Below are positions 16,496 through 24,103 of a stretch of DNA of 24,103 nucleotides, piece by piece. The notes beneath the pieces are model-generated. The model was not told the DNA's origin, did not search any database, and saw only the letters and a program-made list of their open reading frames with translations. Position 1 is the stretch's first letter. The number at the start of each line of letters is the position of its first letter. Made by a program: the position numbers and the translations under genes. This DNA comes from a virus (Duplodnaviria; Caudoviricetes), in IMG/VR virus record IMGVR_UViG_3300030116_004521, positions 1-24,103 of that record. One strand, given 5' to 3'.

Positions 16496-19400
16496 TGGTT
16501 ACTCAACAAGAAGTTGAAACTAAACAACTTAAAGATATAGTTGATTTAGAAAGTTTTCTTAAAGTTACGGATCAAACAAGAGAAGACATTAATAAACAAT
16601 TAGAAGCACAACGATTAACACCTACAATATTACCATTTGCAGAAAGATCTGAAGATTTACTAGGTATAAAAACATATGAAAGTGAGTACATAAAACTTTT
16701 AAAAGAGGCAGAAGACACAGCTTTTAACAATCAAATAAAATTATTAGAATCAATTATTGGTGTTCCAATTGATATTGAATCTGGAGGTTTGGGATCAGAT
16801 TACATTTTAGATGGAAAACCAAAAAATCAACCGGGACAAGTTTTTCCTAATATATTAAATTTAAATCCAGACGTAGGTTTAAAAGCTGATTTAGCTAGAA
16901 GCAATGATTTTAATTCTAGAAAAAAGAAATTTTTAGAGGCGTACCCGGACGGTGAATATATACAAGTTATGTTACCTTTAGGGGATGGTGACACAAAATA
17001 CCCTGAACTATACATAAAAAGTGTTAAGGATTTTCAACAAGAAAAAGAAAAATTTAAATTTGTTAATTTAGAAGGTTTGGATAAAGGTGATTTAGGTACC
17101 GCTATAGGTACAATTTTTGATGAACAGTTTTTAGCTGAAACAGGAGCTTATGTAACGGTCAACAAAAAAGGTCCATTAACAAAATTTTTATCCGTTTTTG
17201 CTGGGGCAAGAACAGGTATTGAATTACGAGAAGGTGTTGAAACTTTAAGAGGGTACGGAGAAAATGAATACAATGCCGCAGTAATAGACAGACTAAGTTT
17301 TTTTAATGATATTTTTTTAGATTATGATGATGCAATAAACGCAGGTTTATCGGCTACTTTATTTTCTGCTGGTGATATGATTTTAAAAAGACTTTCAGGT
17401 GATAGACTTTTAAATGTTGAAGGTGCAAAAAAATTAAATGAGGCTGCAGAAAGACTTGGTTTACCTCCCTTGCTATTAGCACAGTTAATAGCCAATCCAG
17501 CTATTAGAAAATCATTTTATCAAGCGGGTGAATTTACTTCAACAGTTGAAAATGCTTTACGAAATCAAAGTGATCAAGTTTTAGATTCATTAAGAAAATT
17601 CAGAGGTTCTGACACTCCTTTGAACGAAGCAGATTTATTAGAAATTAGTAAAAATCTTGAAGGTGAAATGGCAAAGCTTATACAGTTTTTTCCAAATCAA
17701 AAAGTAGCAAATGAGTACGAACAGTTTTTTAATCAGCTTACAGATTTTTATACTTTAAATCAAAGTGATTTAACAAAGTCCCTTACCAACAAGGCTTTGA
17801 AACTAACAAAAATAAATGGTGAAGCTGTAAACACATCAATAGATTTTACTTATTTAAAAAGAAATCTTGCTTCTGAAATACAGAAAAATGTAAAAATTAG
17901 AGGCGAACCAAAGTTTGATAAAGACAAAATGGGTTTTGTTGCGGGAGATAGATTTGAGGTTCCAACAACAGCCAGTTCTGAGGCACAAGAACTTCTAACC
18001 TTGATAAATAAACTACCAAAAGTAGTGCAAAATTTTGAAGATATTTCAAGAGCAATAAAACCAAATCAAAAAAATTTTGAAAATAGTTTTCAAGCACTTT
18101 TAAATATTAGAGATAAAGCTTATCAATTATCTAAAAGTACAAATGGCGCAGATGCTGCAATTGGTTTAAAAGTTTTAAATTCTGTTAAAGAAATGATGAA
18201 CCCCTCAATGAACAGAGCGGGAAATTACATTAACGGAAGTCCTGAATTTATGAGTGTTGTTAAAATTATGAATAATAATTTAACTGATTTTGAACAAGTT
18301 ATGAACTATGGGTTTGTAAAAGAATTAATGTCAAAAACAAGTGATTTAGATACTTTAACTAGATTTGTATTTAACCCGGATAACAAAATTGCAGGTAAAA
18401 CTTTACAAAAATTAATGTATGGTTTTGATGAAACACCAAACCCACAAGGAGTAATTTTTGAAAATCGAATAAAACAACTTTTTATAAATCATTTAATTAA
18501 TGATCCATCATTAACAGGAAAGCGTTTAAAAGATTGGATAGCAAAAGATCCAGACACTTTAAAATATTATTTGGGAGACGGAGCAGAAGAAAAAATTAAA
18601 CAATTACAAAAAATAGCTAATTACAAAGATTTAATGGACAATAGTATTTTTGTTCAAGCATTAGAAAAACAAGGTACTGACTTTGAAATTATAACTGAAG
18701 CAATAAAACAAGCTAATAAAAATAAAATTGGAACAGACAAAGTTTTAGATAATTTAATTGATCAAGGTGGAGATAACTTTGTTCAATCTGTTAGAGCAGG
18801 TATCATCGAAAACATGCTTGATAAGGCTACTAAAACAGCCGGAACAGGACAAGTTGGAGAAATTTTAGATTATAAAATTTTACAAAGAGAAATAGACAAA
18901 ATTCTTAAAAATAAAAATTATTTAAAATTTTTCGATGAAGATTCTATTTCGAAACTAAACGATTACAGCACGTATATAGCAAGATTAAGAGAAGGTGGTG
19001 ATGTTGGTGGAGCTATAACAGGTGCAACACAAAGATCACGTTTATCTGAGTTCAACCCTGCAACACTATTAGAATTTGCAATAGTCGGTTTCAAAAATGA
19101 TGTTTTAGCAAGAATTTTAGCAAAGCCTGGCAATACAAAAGCAATAATTGAGAATGTACAATCTCCTTTGGATAGAGTTAGATTTGGAGCTATTCTTGGA
19201 GCTTATGATAGATTAGCAGATGAGTTTGGAATAACTTTAACTGAAGGCGACCAAATAAATACTGGGGTTTTCACACAAACTGTTCCTGTATCATCTATAA
19301 TTAAGGGTGAAAGATTTAAATCAGATACCTATCCAGAAATAATTGAGCGAGAGAACAAAAAACCAGAAGAGGATCAAACATCTCAAATACCGGTTAATTT

Positions 19401-19560
19401 ACTTAATACAATACCTTCAAGTAGCTTAAACAATATAAATCTAGCAAACAATAGAATCAATACTAATACTGCTGCAGCAGGACAAAGAGTTTTTGGTACA
19501 GATGATCCTGTATTTAGTGGTATTGCAAATACTAATGTTGGAAGGCAGGTTGTTGCATAA
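16495..19560 (+). CDS. Large putative internal virion / ejection protein 4 (1021 aa)
   Basis: Long helical-type ORF, TAATG-coupled within the cluster. No catalytic motif recognised; the call rests on size and position. Confidence 0.55.
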   Translation: MVTQQEVETKQLKDIVDLESFLKVTDQTREDINKQLEAQRLTPTILPFAERSEDLLGIKTYESEYIKLLKEAEDTAFNNQIKLLESIIGVPIDIESGGLGSDYILDGKPKNQPGQVFPNILNLNPDVGLKADLARSNDFNSRKKKFLEAYPDGEYIQVMLPLGDGDTKYPELYIKSVKDFQQEKEKFKFVNLEGLDKGDLGTAIGTIFDEQFLAETGAYVTVNKKGPLTKFLSVFAGARTGIELREGVETLRGYGENEYNAAVIDRLSFFNDIFLDYDDAINAGLSATLFSAGDMILKRLSGDRLLNVEGAKKLNEAAERLGLPPLLLAQLIANPAIRKSFYQAGEFTSTVENALRNQSDQVLDSLRKFRGSDTPLNEADLLEISKNLEGEMAKLIQFFPNQKVANEYEQFFNQLTDFYTLNQSDLTKSLTNKALKLTKINGEAVNTSIDFTYLKRNLASEIQKNVKIRGEPKFDKDKMGFVAGDRFEVPTTASSEAQELLTLINKLPKVVQNFEDISRAIKPNQKNFENSFQALLNIRDKAYQLSKSTNGADAAIGLKVLNSVKEMMNPSMNRAGNYINGSPEFMSVVKIMNNNLTDFEQVMNYGFVKELMSKTSDLDTLTRFVFNPDNKIAGKTLQKLMYGFDETPNPQGVIFENRIKQLFINHLINDPSLTGKRLKDWIAKDPDTLKYYLGDGAEEKIKQLQKIANYKDLMDNSIFVQALEKQGTDFEIITEAIKQANKNKIGTDKVLDNLIDQGGDNFVQSVRAGIIENMLDKATKTAGTGQVGEILDYKILQREIDKILKNKNYLKFFDEDSISKLNDYSTYIARLREGGDVGGAITGATQRSRLSEFNPATLLEFAIVGFKNDVLARILAKPGNTKAIIENVQSPLDRVRFGAILGAYDRLADEFGITLTEGDQINTGVFTQTVPVSSIIKGERFKSDTYPEIIERENKKPEEDQTSQIPVNLLNTIPSSSLNNINLANNRINTNTAAAGQRVFGTDDPVFSGIANTNVGRQVVA

Positions 19561-20162
19561 TGGGTATTTCATTTGAAACAACATACGATGATGAAGGTAA
19601 TCCTATAAGACCTAAAATATCTAGTAACATGAGTTTTCAATCAGGAGACGTAGTTTCTGCGAACCCTAATAATCCTGACATGACAATTATAGACAGAGAA
19701 GGCGTAGGTATAATGAATATTGATCCAACTAAGGAATCAGGAATTGCAGATCAAAAGCAAGCATTACAAATTATATCTAGTCTTGGTACAGGTATTTTTG
19801 ATGATCCTGATGCCTTTAAAAAAATTACAGAGCCTTTAAAATTAATTCCTGCTATGACATCAGACCCTGACGATCCACGCAACATGTATCAAATGTTAAT
19901 AGCTAATTTACTTGGCATAGATAGAGGTGCAAAAAACGTAGGTTTTCCTGGTAGTAATATTGAAATAGTTGGAGCACCTAAAGTTCCTGATTTTGGTGAA
20001 GCTGGAAAAGAGTTTGCAATAAATGAATTAGGTGCAAAAGATATTGGTCAATTACTTACATCTCTATTTACACCGAGCATATTAAGATTTATTGGTATGG
20101 CTAATGAAAAAGATGAGCTAGAAGAAACAGAGGAAGAGAAAAAAAGATTTTTCTTTTTTTAA
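19560..20162 (+). CDS. Hypothetical acidic protein, possibly virion-internal
   Basis: TAATG-coupled, 200 aa, ends EEEKKRFFFF. Confidence 0.6.
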   Translation: MGISFETTYDDEGNPIRPKISSNMSFQSGDVVSANPNNPDMTIIDREGVGIMNIDPTKESGIADQKQALQIISSLGTGIFDDPDAFKKITEPLKLIPAMTSDPDDPRNMYQMLIANLLGIDRGAKNVGFPGSNIEIVGAPKVPDFGEAGKEFAINELGAKDIGQLLTSLFTPSILRFIGMANEKDELEETEEEKKRFFFF

Positions 20163-20164
20163 TT

Positions 20165-20386
20165 ATGGAAAAAGATTTTAATTTAAGAAATATTGTTTGG
20201 TTAAGCATGATACTTGTATCAGCAGGTTCTGTTTACGGTATGCTATCTCAACGTGTCACGGCTCTCGAATCTAAACAAGTAATGATGGAGAAAGCTATTT
20301 TAGAAGATATACCTGAAATAAAAGAAAGAATAATTAGGTTAGAAACTAAAATAGAAATCCTAATTGATGAATTTAAAACAAATTAA
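20165..20386 (+). CDS. Small membrane protein (one TM helix plus coiled coil), possibly lysis-related
   Basis: Hydrophobic 'IVWLSMILVSAGSVYGML' followed by heptads 'RVTALESKQ...IKERIIRLETKIEIL'. Confidence 0.65.
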   Translation: MEKDFNLRNIVWLSMILVSAGSVYGMLSQRVTALESKQVMMEKAILEDIPEIKERIIRLETKIEILIDEFKTN

Positions 20387-20672
20387 AGGAGTAGTCAGCG
20401 AGCAACTGGTTATCACAGATCTTTTAAAAAAAGGTTTTTTTGTATTTACACCTTTACACAGACAATGCCCTGTTGACATAGTAGCAATCTCACCAAAAGG
20501 CAAACTACATTTATTTGACGTCAAAACACAATCAATCAGAAAATCGGGAATACATAAGGGACATTTTATTCGTAGAATATTATCGCCACTACAAAAAAAA
20601 CTTAAAGTAAATTTAGTTTATGTAACAGAGGAACAAATTATCTACGGAAGTCTTAAATCAGCCATTCTTTAA
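20367..20672 (+). CDS. PD-(D/E)XK endonuclease (resolvase/homing-like)
   Basis: 'KG..SE......L.KKGF.VF.P....PVDIVA......LFDVKT' gives the catalytic E...PxD...DxK pattern. ATG at 20367 (TTG 20364 is the alternative). Confidence 0.75.
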   Translation: MNLKQIKGVVSEQLVITDLLKKGFFVFTPLHRQCPVDIVAISPKGKLHLFDVKTQSIRKSGIHKGHFIRRILSPLQKKLKVNLVYVTEEQIIYGSLKSAIL

Positions 20673-22086
20673 AATCTTCACCTAAAACTTTAGTTGCAAT
20701 ATTTATTTTATTGCGCAAAGATTTTATAATTTTTTCGTCTACTGTTTTTTCTGCTATAAAATCAACATAAGTAACTTTTTTATTTTGACCAATTCTATGT
20801 GCTCTGTCTTCTGATTGCATACGAACTTCTAAATCGTAACTATTACTAAAATAAATGATAGTATTGCTAGCAGTAAGAGTAAGTCCATAACCTCCCGTTC
20901 TTGGGTTTCCGACGAAGTACCGTAAATCGCTTTCTCTATCTTGAAAAGCAGTAACGATATCCTGACGATCTGCATCAACAGTATCGCCATAATAAGATTT
21001 GACAGAGTTCTCTCCGTATCTTTGTGCAATCGCTTCTTCAATTTTTTTAATATCATGCCTGTAAATGGCCCAAATAATGACTTTTCCATCTATCTCCTCC
21101 AGTGTGTTTAACAATTCATTGATTCTATTATTTTTTAATTCTACTGTTTTACCTTCATCTGTAATTAAATGACCACAAGTAATTTGATGTAACTTTATCA
21201 TTTGTGTCAAGATACCTGCAGCTGTCACTGTTTCTTTTTCCAAAATAGATATAGCAAAATTTTTCATTTCTACATACGCTTTCTTTTGTTCTGGCGTCAT
21301 CTCAATATACCGTTTTGTGTATATTTTATCTGGAAGATCTAAACATTCAGATTTGAGGACACGATAAGAGAATTGATTTAACTTATGCTCAAGTTCGTCA
21401 AGTCGTTGGTAATCTACTATTTGTTTGAATGAATGAGTGGCTACACTTCTACTTATCATCACAGCATATCTGTTTTTAAAAGAATAATAAGAGGCATGAC
21501 CCAACAATTCGGGATCAAGAAAATAACATTGTGTATATAAATCTAAAGGGCTTTTAGTAACAGGAGAACCAGTTAATATTCTTCTGTACTTCGCTAGGGT
21601 TCGTAAACTACATACTGTTTTAGTTCTTTTAGCTGTAGGTGATTTTATAGTTGTTGATTCGTCTATAGCCATTAAACATTGAGTTACTGTCAAAAAACGT
21701 TTGCAAATTTCTGCTCCTTTAGATGTACTAAACGCATCAATATTAATTAAAAATATTTTAAGATTATCTTGGTCTTTTATAAAAGCACCATAATCTTTTA
21801 AAAATTTTGTAGAGGTTGGGTTCCAAACTAAAATTTTATATGGGACATGCTCTGGCATATGTGTGGGTATCTCTTGTTTTTCCCAGTTTCTATAAACCCC
21901 TTTTGGTGCAACAATTACAGCTGCATTAATTTTACCCTTGTCATGCAACATTGCAATATTATCAATTAAAACTTTAGATTTACCCGTGCCCATTTCCATA
22001 AATAAAGCAAAATTTTCTTTATTATGTGAGGCTCCAAGAGCTTTTAACTGATGTTCGTAAGGAACAGTCTTAAATTTATAATCCAT
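20653..22086 (-). CDS. SNF2-family (superfamily 2) DNA helicase/ATPase
   Basis: Q-motif 'PYEHQ', Walker A 'MEMGTGKS', Walker B 'IDES', motif III 'LTGSP', motif V 'GGYGLTL', motif VI 'QSEDRAHRIGQ'. Confidence 0.93.
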   Translation of the reverse strand: MDYKFKTVPYEHQLKALGASHNKENFALFMEMGTGKSKVLIDNIAMLHDKGKINAAVIVAPKGVYRNWEKQEIPTHMPEHVPYKILVWNPTSTKFLKDYGAFIKDQDNLKIFLINIDAFSTSKGAEICKRFLTVTQCLMAIDESTTIKSPTAKRTKTVCSLRTLAKYRRILTGSPVTKSPLDLYTQCYFLDPELLGHASYYSFKNRYAVMISRSVATHSFKQIVDYQRLDELEHKLNQFSYRVLKSECLDLPDKIYTKRYIEMTPEQKKAYVEMKNFAISILEKETVTAAGILTQMIKLHQITCGHLITDEGKTVELKNNRINELLNTLEEIDGKVIIWAIYRHDIKKIEEAIAQRYGENSVKSYYGDTVDADRQDIVTAFQDRESDLRYFVGNPRTGGYGLTLTASNTIIYFSNSYDLEVRMQSEDRAHRIGQNKKVTYVDFIAEKTVDEKIIKSLRNKINIATKVLGEDFKEWLI

Positions 22087-22167
22087 TATATCCTATTATT
22101 ATTTCTAATTTTAGAATATAATACTTGATTAAATATAAAACAACCATTATTTGCACAATTAGAAAGT
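22087..22167. promoter_or_regulatory. Divergent promoter region between the helicase and the replication operon
   Basis: 81-nt very AT-rich gap. Minus-strand TTGTTT(22143-22138)-N17-TATATT(22120-22115); plus-strand TTGATT at 22125; inverted AATTAGAAA copies. Confidence 0.55.
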
Positions 22168-22494
22168 ATGACAGTTTACGTAATACAAGAAGTTAAAGGC
22201 AGAAACATTTTACCTGCTAAAGAGTATGGTGATTTAGTCCTTTTATTATCGGAGGGATCACAAGTTGTTTTAAGTAGTCAACCAACTGTTAATAAATTAC
22301 GCAGAAAACTGCGTGATTACAATGATAATGATTATTTATTGTTAATGGGTGATCCTGTAGCCATGGGAATTGCATGCGCTATTGCTTCTGACGTAAATCG
22401 TGGTAGAATACAATGTTTAAAATGGGATAAGATGGAAATGAGATACTATCCTGTTAAATTTAATCTTTTTGAGAAAGGAGAGATTGATGATTAA
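22168..22494 (+). CDS. Conserved phage hypothetical protein (alpha/beta, DYLLLxGDP motif)
   Basis: 108 aa, first gene of the rightward operon. Motifs 'VYVIQE', 'AKEYG', 'DYLLLMGDP', 'LKWD'. Confidence 0.7.
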   Translation: MTVYVIQEVKGRNILPAKEYGDLVLLLSEGSQVVLSSQPTVNKLRRKLRDYNDNDYLLLMGDPVAMGIACAIASDVNRGRIQCLKWDKMEMRYYPVKFNLFEKGEIDD

Positions 22495-23029
22495 TTTTGA
22501 AAAAGACGTCAACATAGACGTAAAAGACGATGCTTTGAAAGAGATTAGTGAACTTTCACAAAAGTTAGTTGATCTTGATGAAGAAAGTGCTATGCTAGAA
22601 AAAGCACTTAAGAAAGTAAAAGAAGATGCAAGAAAGATTAGTGAAGAGGTTATACCAGAAAAAATGAATGAGATGAATTTAACAAGTTTATCATTAAAAG
22701 ATGGTTCAAAACTTGAAGTTGTACCAGCTATCTATGCATCGATACCTGCAAAATATAAAGAGGATGCTTTTCAATGGCTCAGGGACCACGGACATGGTGA
22801 TTTAATTAAGAACCAATTGTCTGCATCATTTGGTCGAGGAGAAGATGATAAAGCTGAAGATTTTAAACACAAAGTTTCTGAATTGGGATTACCAGTTCAA
22901 CAAAAGGTTTGGGTCGAACCTATGACCCTAAAGGCTTTTGTTCGTGAGCAAGTTACTAAAGGTAACGAAATACCCATGGACAAATTTGGCGTCTTTGTTG
23001 GTTCAAAGACTAAATTGAGTAAAAAATAA
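22487..23029 (+). CDS. Conserved phage replication-module protein (coiled coil plus alpha/beta domain)
   Basis: Start moved to ATG 22487 (SD GAAAGGAG at 22473-22480). Motifs 'IPEKM', 'AFQWLRDHGHGDLIK', 'VEPMTLKAFVRE'. Confidence 0.7.
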   Translation: MINFEKDVNIDVKDDALKEISELSQKLVDLDEESAMLEKALKKVKEDARKISEEVIPEKMNEMNLTSLSLKDGSKLEVVPAIYASIPAKYKEDAFQWLRDHGHGDLIKNQLSASFGRGEDDKAEDFKHKVSELGLPVQQKVWVEPMTLKAFVREQVTKGNEIPMDKFGVFVGSKTKLSKK

Positions 23030-23043
23030 GAAACGAGGTAAAT

Positions 23044-23811
23044 ATGAATAATGCTGTAAGTAAAAAGAAAACTGCAGAAATTATACCTTTTTCAAGTATG
23101 TTTGAAGAAGATAAACTTAAAGGTTTTGAATCTATGTCAGAATCTGATCAGGCGACACCAAGAATAAAAGTTCTACAGCCTTTGTCAGAGGAACTTGAAG
23201 ATTTAGAAAATGCAAAACCTGGTGACATATATAATAATGTTACCAATGAATATGTAAAAGGTAAAGATGGTATTGTTGTAATACCATGTGCTTACACAAG
23301 ACAATACGTCGAGTGGAAAGACAGGGGTAAAGAAAGTTTAGGTGCGCCTGTAAACATTTATCCAGCTGGGTCTGATATTCTTACAAAAACAACAAGAGAT
23401 CAAATGAACAAGGATAGACTTGATAATGGTAATTATGTTGAAACATGTGCCAATCATTTTGTATTAGTTGTTAAAGATGGTATCGCAGAACCTGCTGTGA
23501 TTACAATGAAAGCAACTCAATTAAAAAAATCACGTAAGTGGAACACTATGATGTCAACTGTAAAAATTGAAGGGCAAAATGGTCTATTCACTCCTCCAAT
23601 GTTTTCTAAATTTTATAATTTAAAAACTATCAAAGAAGAGAATGATCAAGGCTTTTGGTTTGGTTGGGACATCACTGCAGGAGAATTTTTATCTGAAAAA
23701 GATAAAGATCTTTATGCGATGGCAAAAACATTTAGTGTTGACGTTGCAAAAGGAGATACTCAAGTCAAACATGAGCTTGAGTCCGATACTAAAAAGGCTT
23801 CACCATACTAA
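23044..23811 (+). CDS. Putative single-stranded DNA-binding / annealing protein
   Basis: SD GAGGT. Motifs 'PRIKVLQPLS', 'AKPGDI', 'YVEW', 'MKATQLKKSRKWN'; ends in a Pro-aromatic tail (SPY). Sits between helicase and primase and is followed by a terminator. Confidence 0.55.
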   Translation: MNNAVSKKKTAEIIPFSSMFEEDKLKGFESMSESDQATPRIKVLQPLSEELEDLENAKPGDIYNNVTNEYVKGKDGIVVIPCAYTRQYVEWKDRGKESLGAPVNIYPAGSDILTKTTRDQMNKDRLDNGNYVETCANHFVLVVKDGIAEPAVITMKATQLKKSRKWNTMMSTVKIEGQNGLFTPPMFSKFYNLKTIKEENDQGFWFGWDITAGEFLSEKDKDLYAMAKTFSVDVAKGDTQVKHELESDTKKASPY

Positions 23812-23817
23812 ATAACT

Positions 23818-23839
23818 AGGCGCCTTCGGGCGCCTTTTT
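23818..23839 (+). terminator. Rho-independent terminator with C(UUCG)G tetraloop
   Basis: AGGCGCC-TTCG-GGCGCCT-TTTT, 6 nt after the stop of 23044..23811. Confidence 0.9.
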
Positions 23840-23845
23840 AAATTT

Positions 23846-24103
23846 ATGGAGAAATTTAGAGAAGTCTTTAGGGGACAAGAGCGTGCCCATGGTTGTTACA
23901 TTAAAGGTGACATCAATGAAAAGGGTAAGCAAACAGGTGAGTCTCGTATTGTTAGGTTGTATCCACAACCCGATAGTCTATGGGAAGAACACTTGTCTGG
24001 TGTCAATAGTCTTGGAATAATCCCTATTAATGATGATAATGAGTGTCAGTGGGGATGTATTGACATTGATCAATATCCTTTAGACCATAAAAAAATTGTT
24101 GAT
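23846..24103 (+). CDS. Archaeo-eukaryotic primase (AEP) / primase-polymerase, 3'-truncated; not in ORF track
   Basis: MEKFREVFRGQERAHG...LWEEHLSGVNSLGIIPINDDNECQWGCIDIDQYP... contains the AEP motif I hhhDxD (GCIDID) and is open to the window end. Confidence 0.85.
   Translation, partial: MEKFREVFRGQERAHGCYIKGDINEKGKQTGESRIVRLYPQPDSLWEEHLSGVNSLGIIPINDDNECQWGCIDIDQYPLDHKKIVD

Noticed and set aside
1862-21089. Short alternative-frame or antisense ORFs 1862..2056, 4807..5010, 6302..6493, 6699..6887, 9038..9298, 10322..10510, 13251..13448, 16827..17015, 17897..18097, 20829..21089
   Set aside because: All overlap longer genes that have clear motifs, and their compositions are typical of off-frame translation.
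1-24103. tRNA, rRNA, integrase/att site, IS element or endolysin
   Set aside because: Intergenic gaps are 100 nt or less, with no cloverleaf or terminal inverted repeats, and no corresponding catalytic motifs were recognised. A covariance-model search was not possible.

Overview
AT-rich, gene-dense segment of a tailed dsDNA phage genome. It looks like a podovirus of the marine pelagiphage kind; this is an inference from gene content and composition, and the host is not established. Layout, left to right: (1) two tandem paralogous three-gene virion cassettes, each an Ig-domain adaptor, a LamG/ConA+SPRY protein and a beta-rich tip protein, the first carrying an inserted cupredoxin-like domain with an intact-looking type-1 copper motif; (2) further tail/fibre genes, a glycine-rich adhesin and a P22 gp10-like tail hub protein; (3) small genes, including a two-gene antisense islet; (4) a cluster of putative internal/ejection proteins, one with five ~44-aa tandem repeats; (5) a small membrane protein and a PD-(D/E)XK nuclease; (6) a minus-strand SNF2-type helicase, then a divergent replication operon (two hypotheticals, a putative SSB, a UUCG terminator and the start of an AEP primase). 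Three CDSs absent from the ORF track were found by reading (11147..11314 +, 11900..12052 -, 23846..>24103 +) and several starts were corrected. No tRNA, rRNA, CRISPR array or IS element was seen. Family names come from motif recognition, not database searches.
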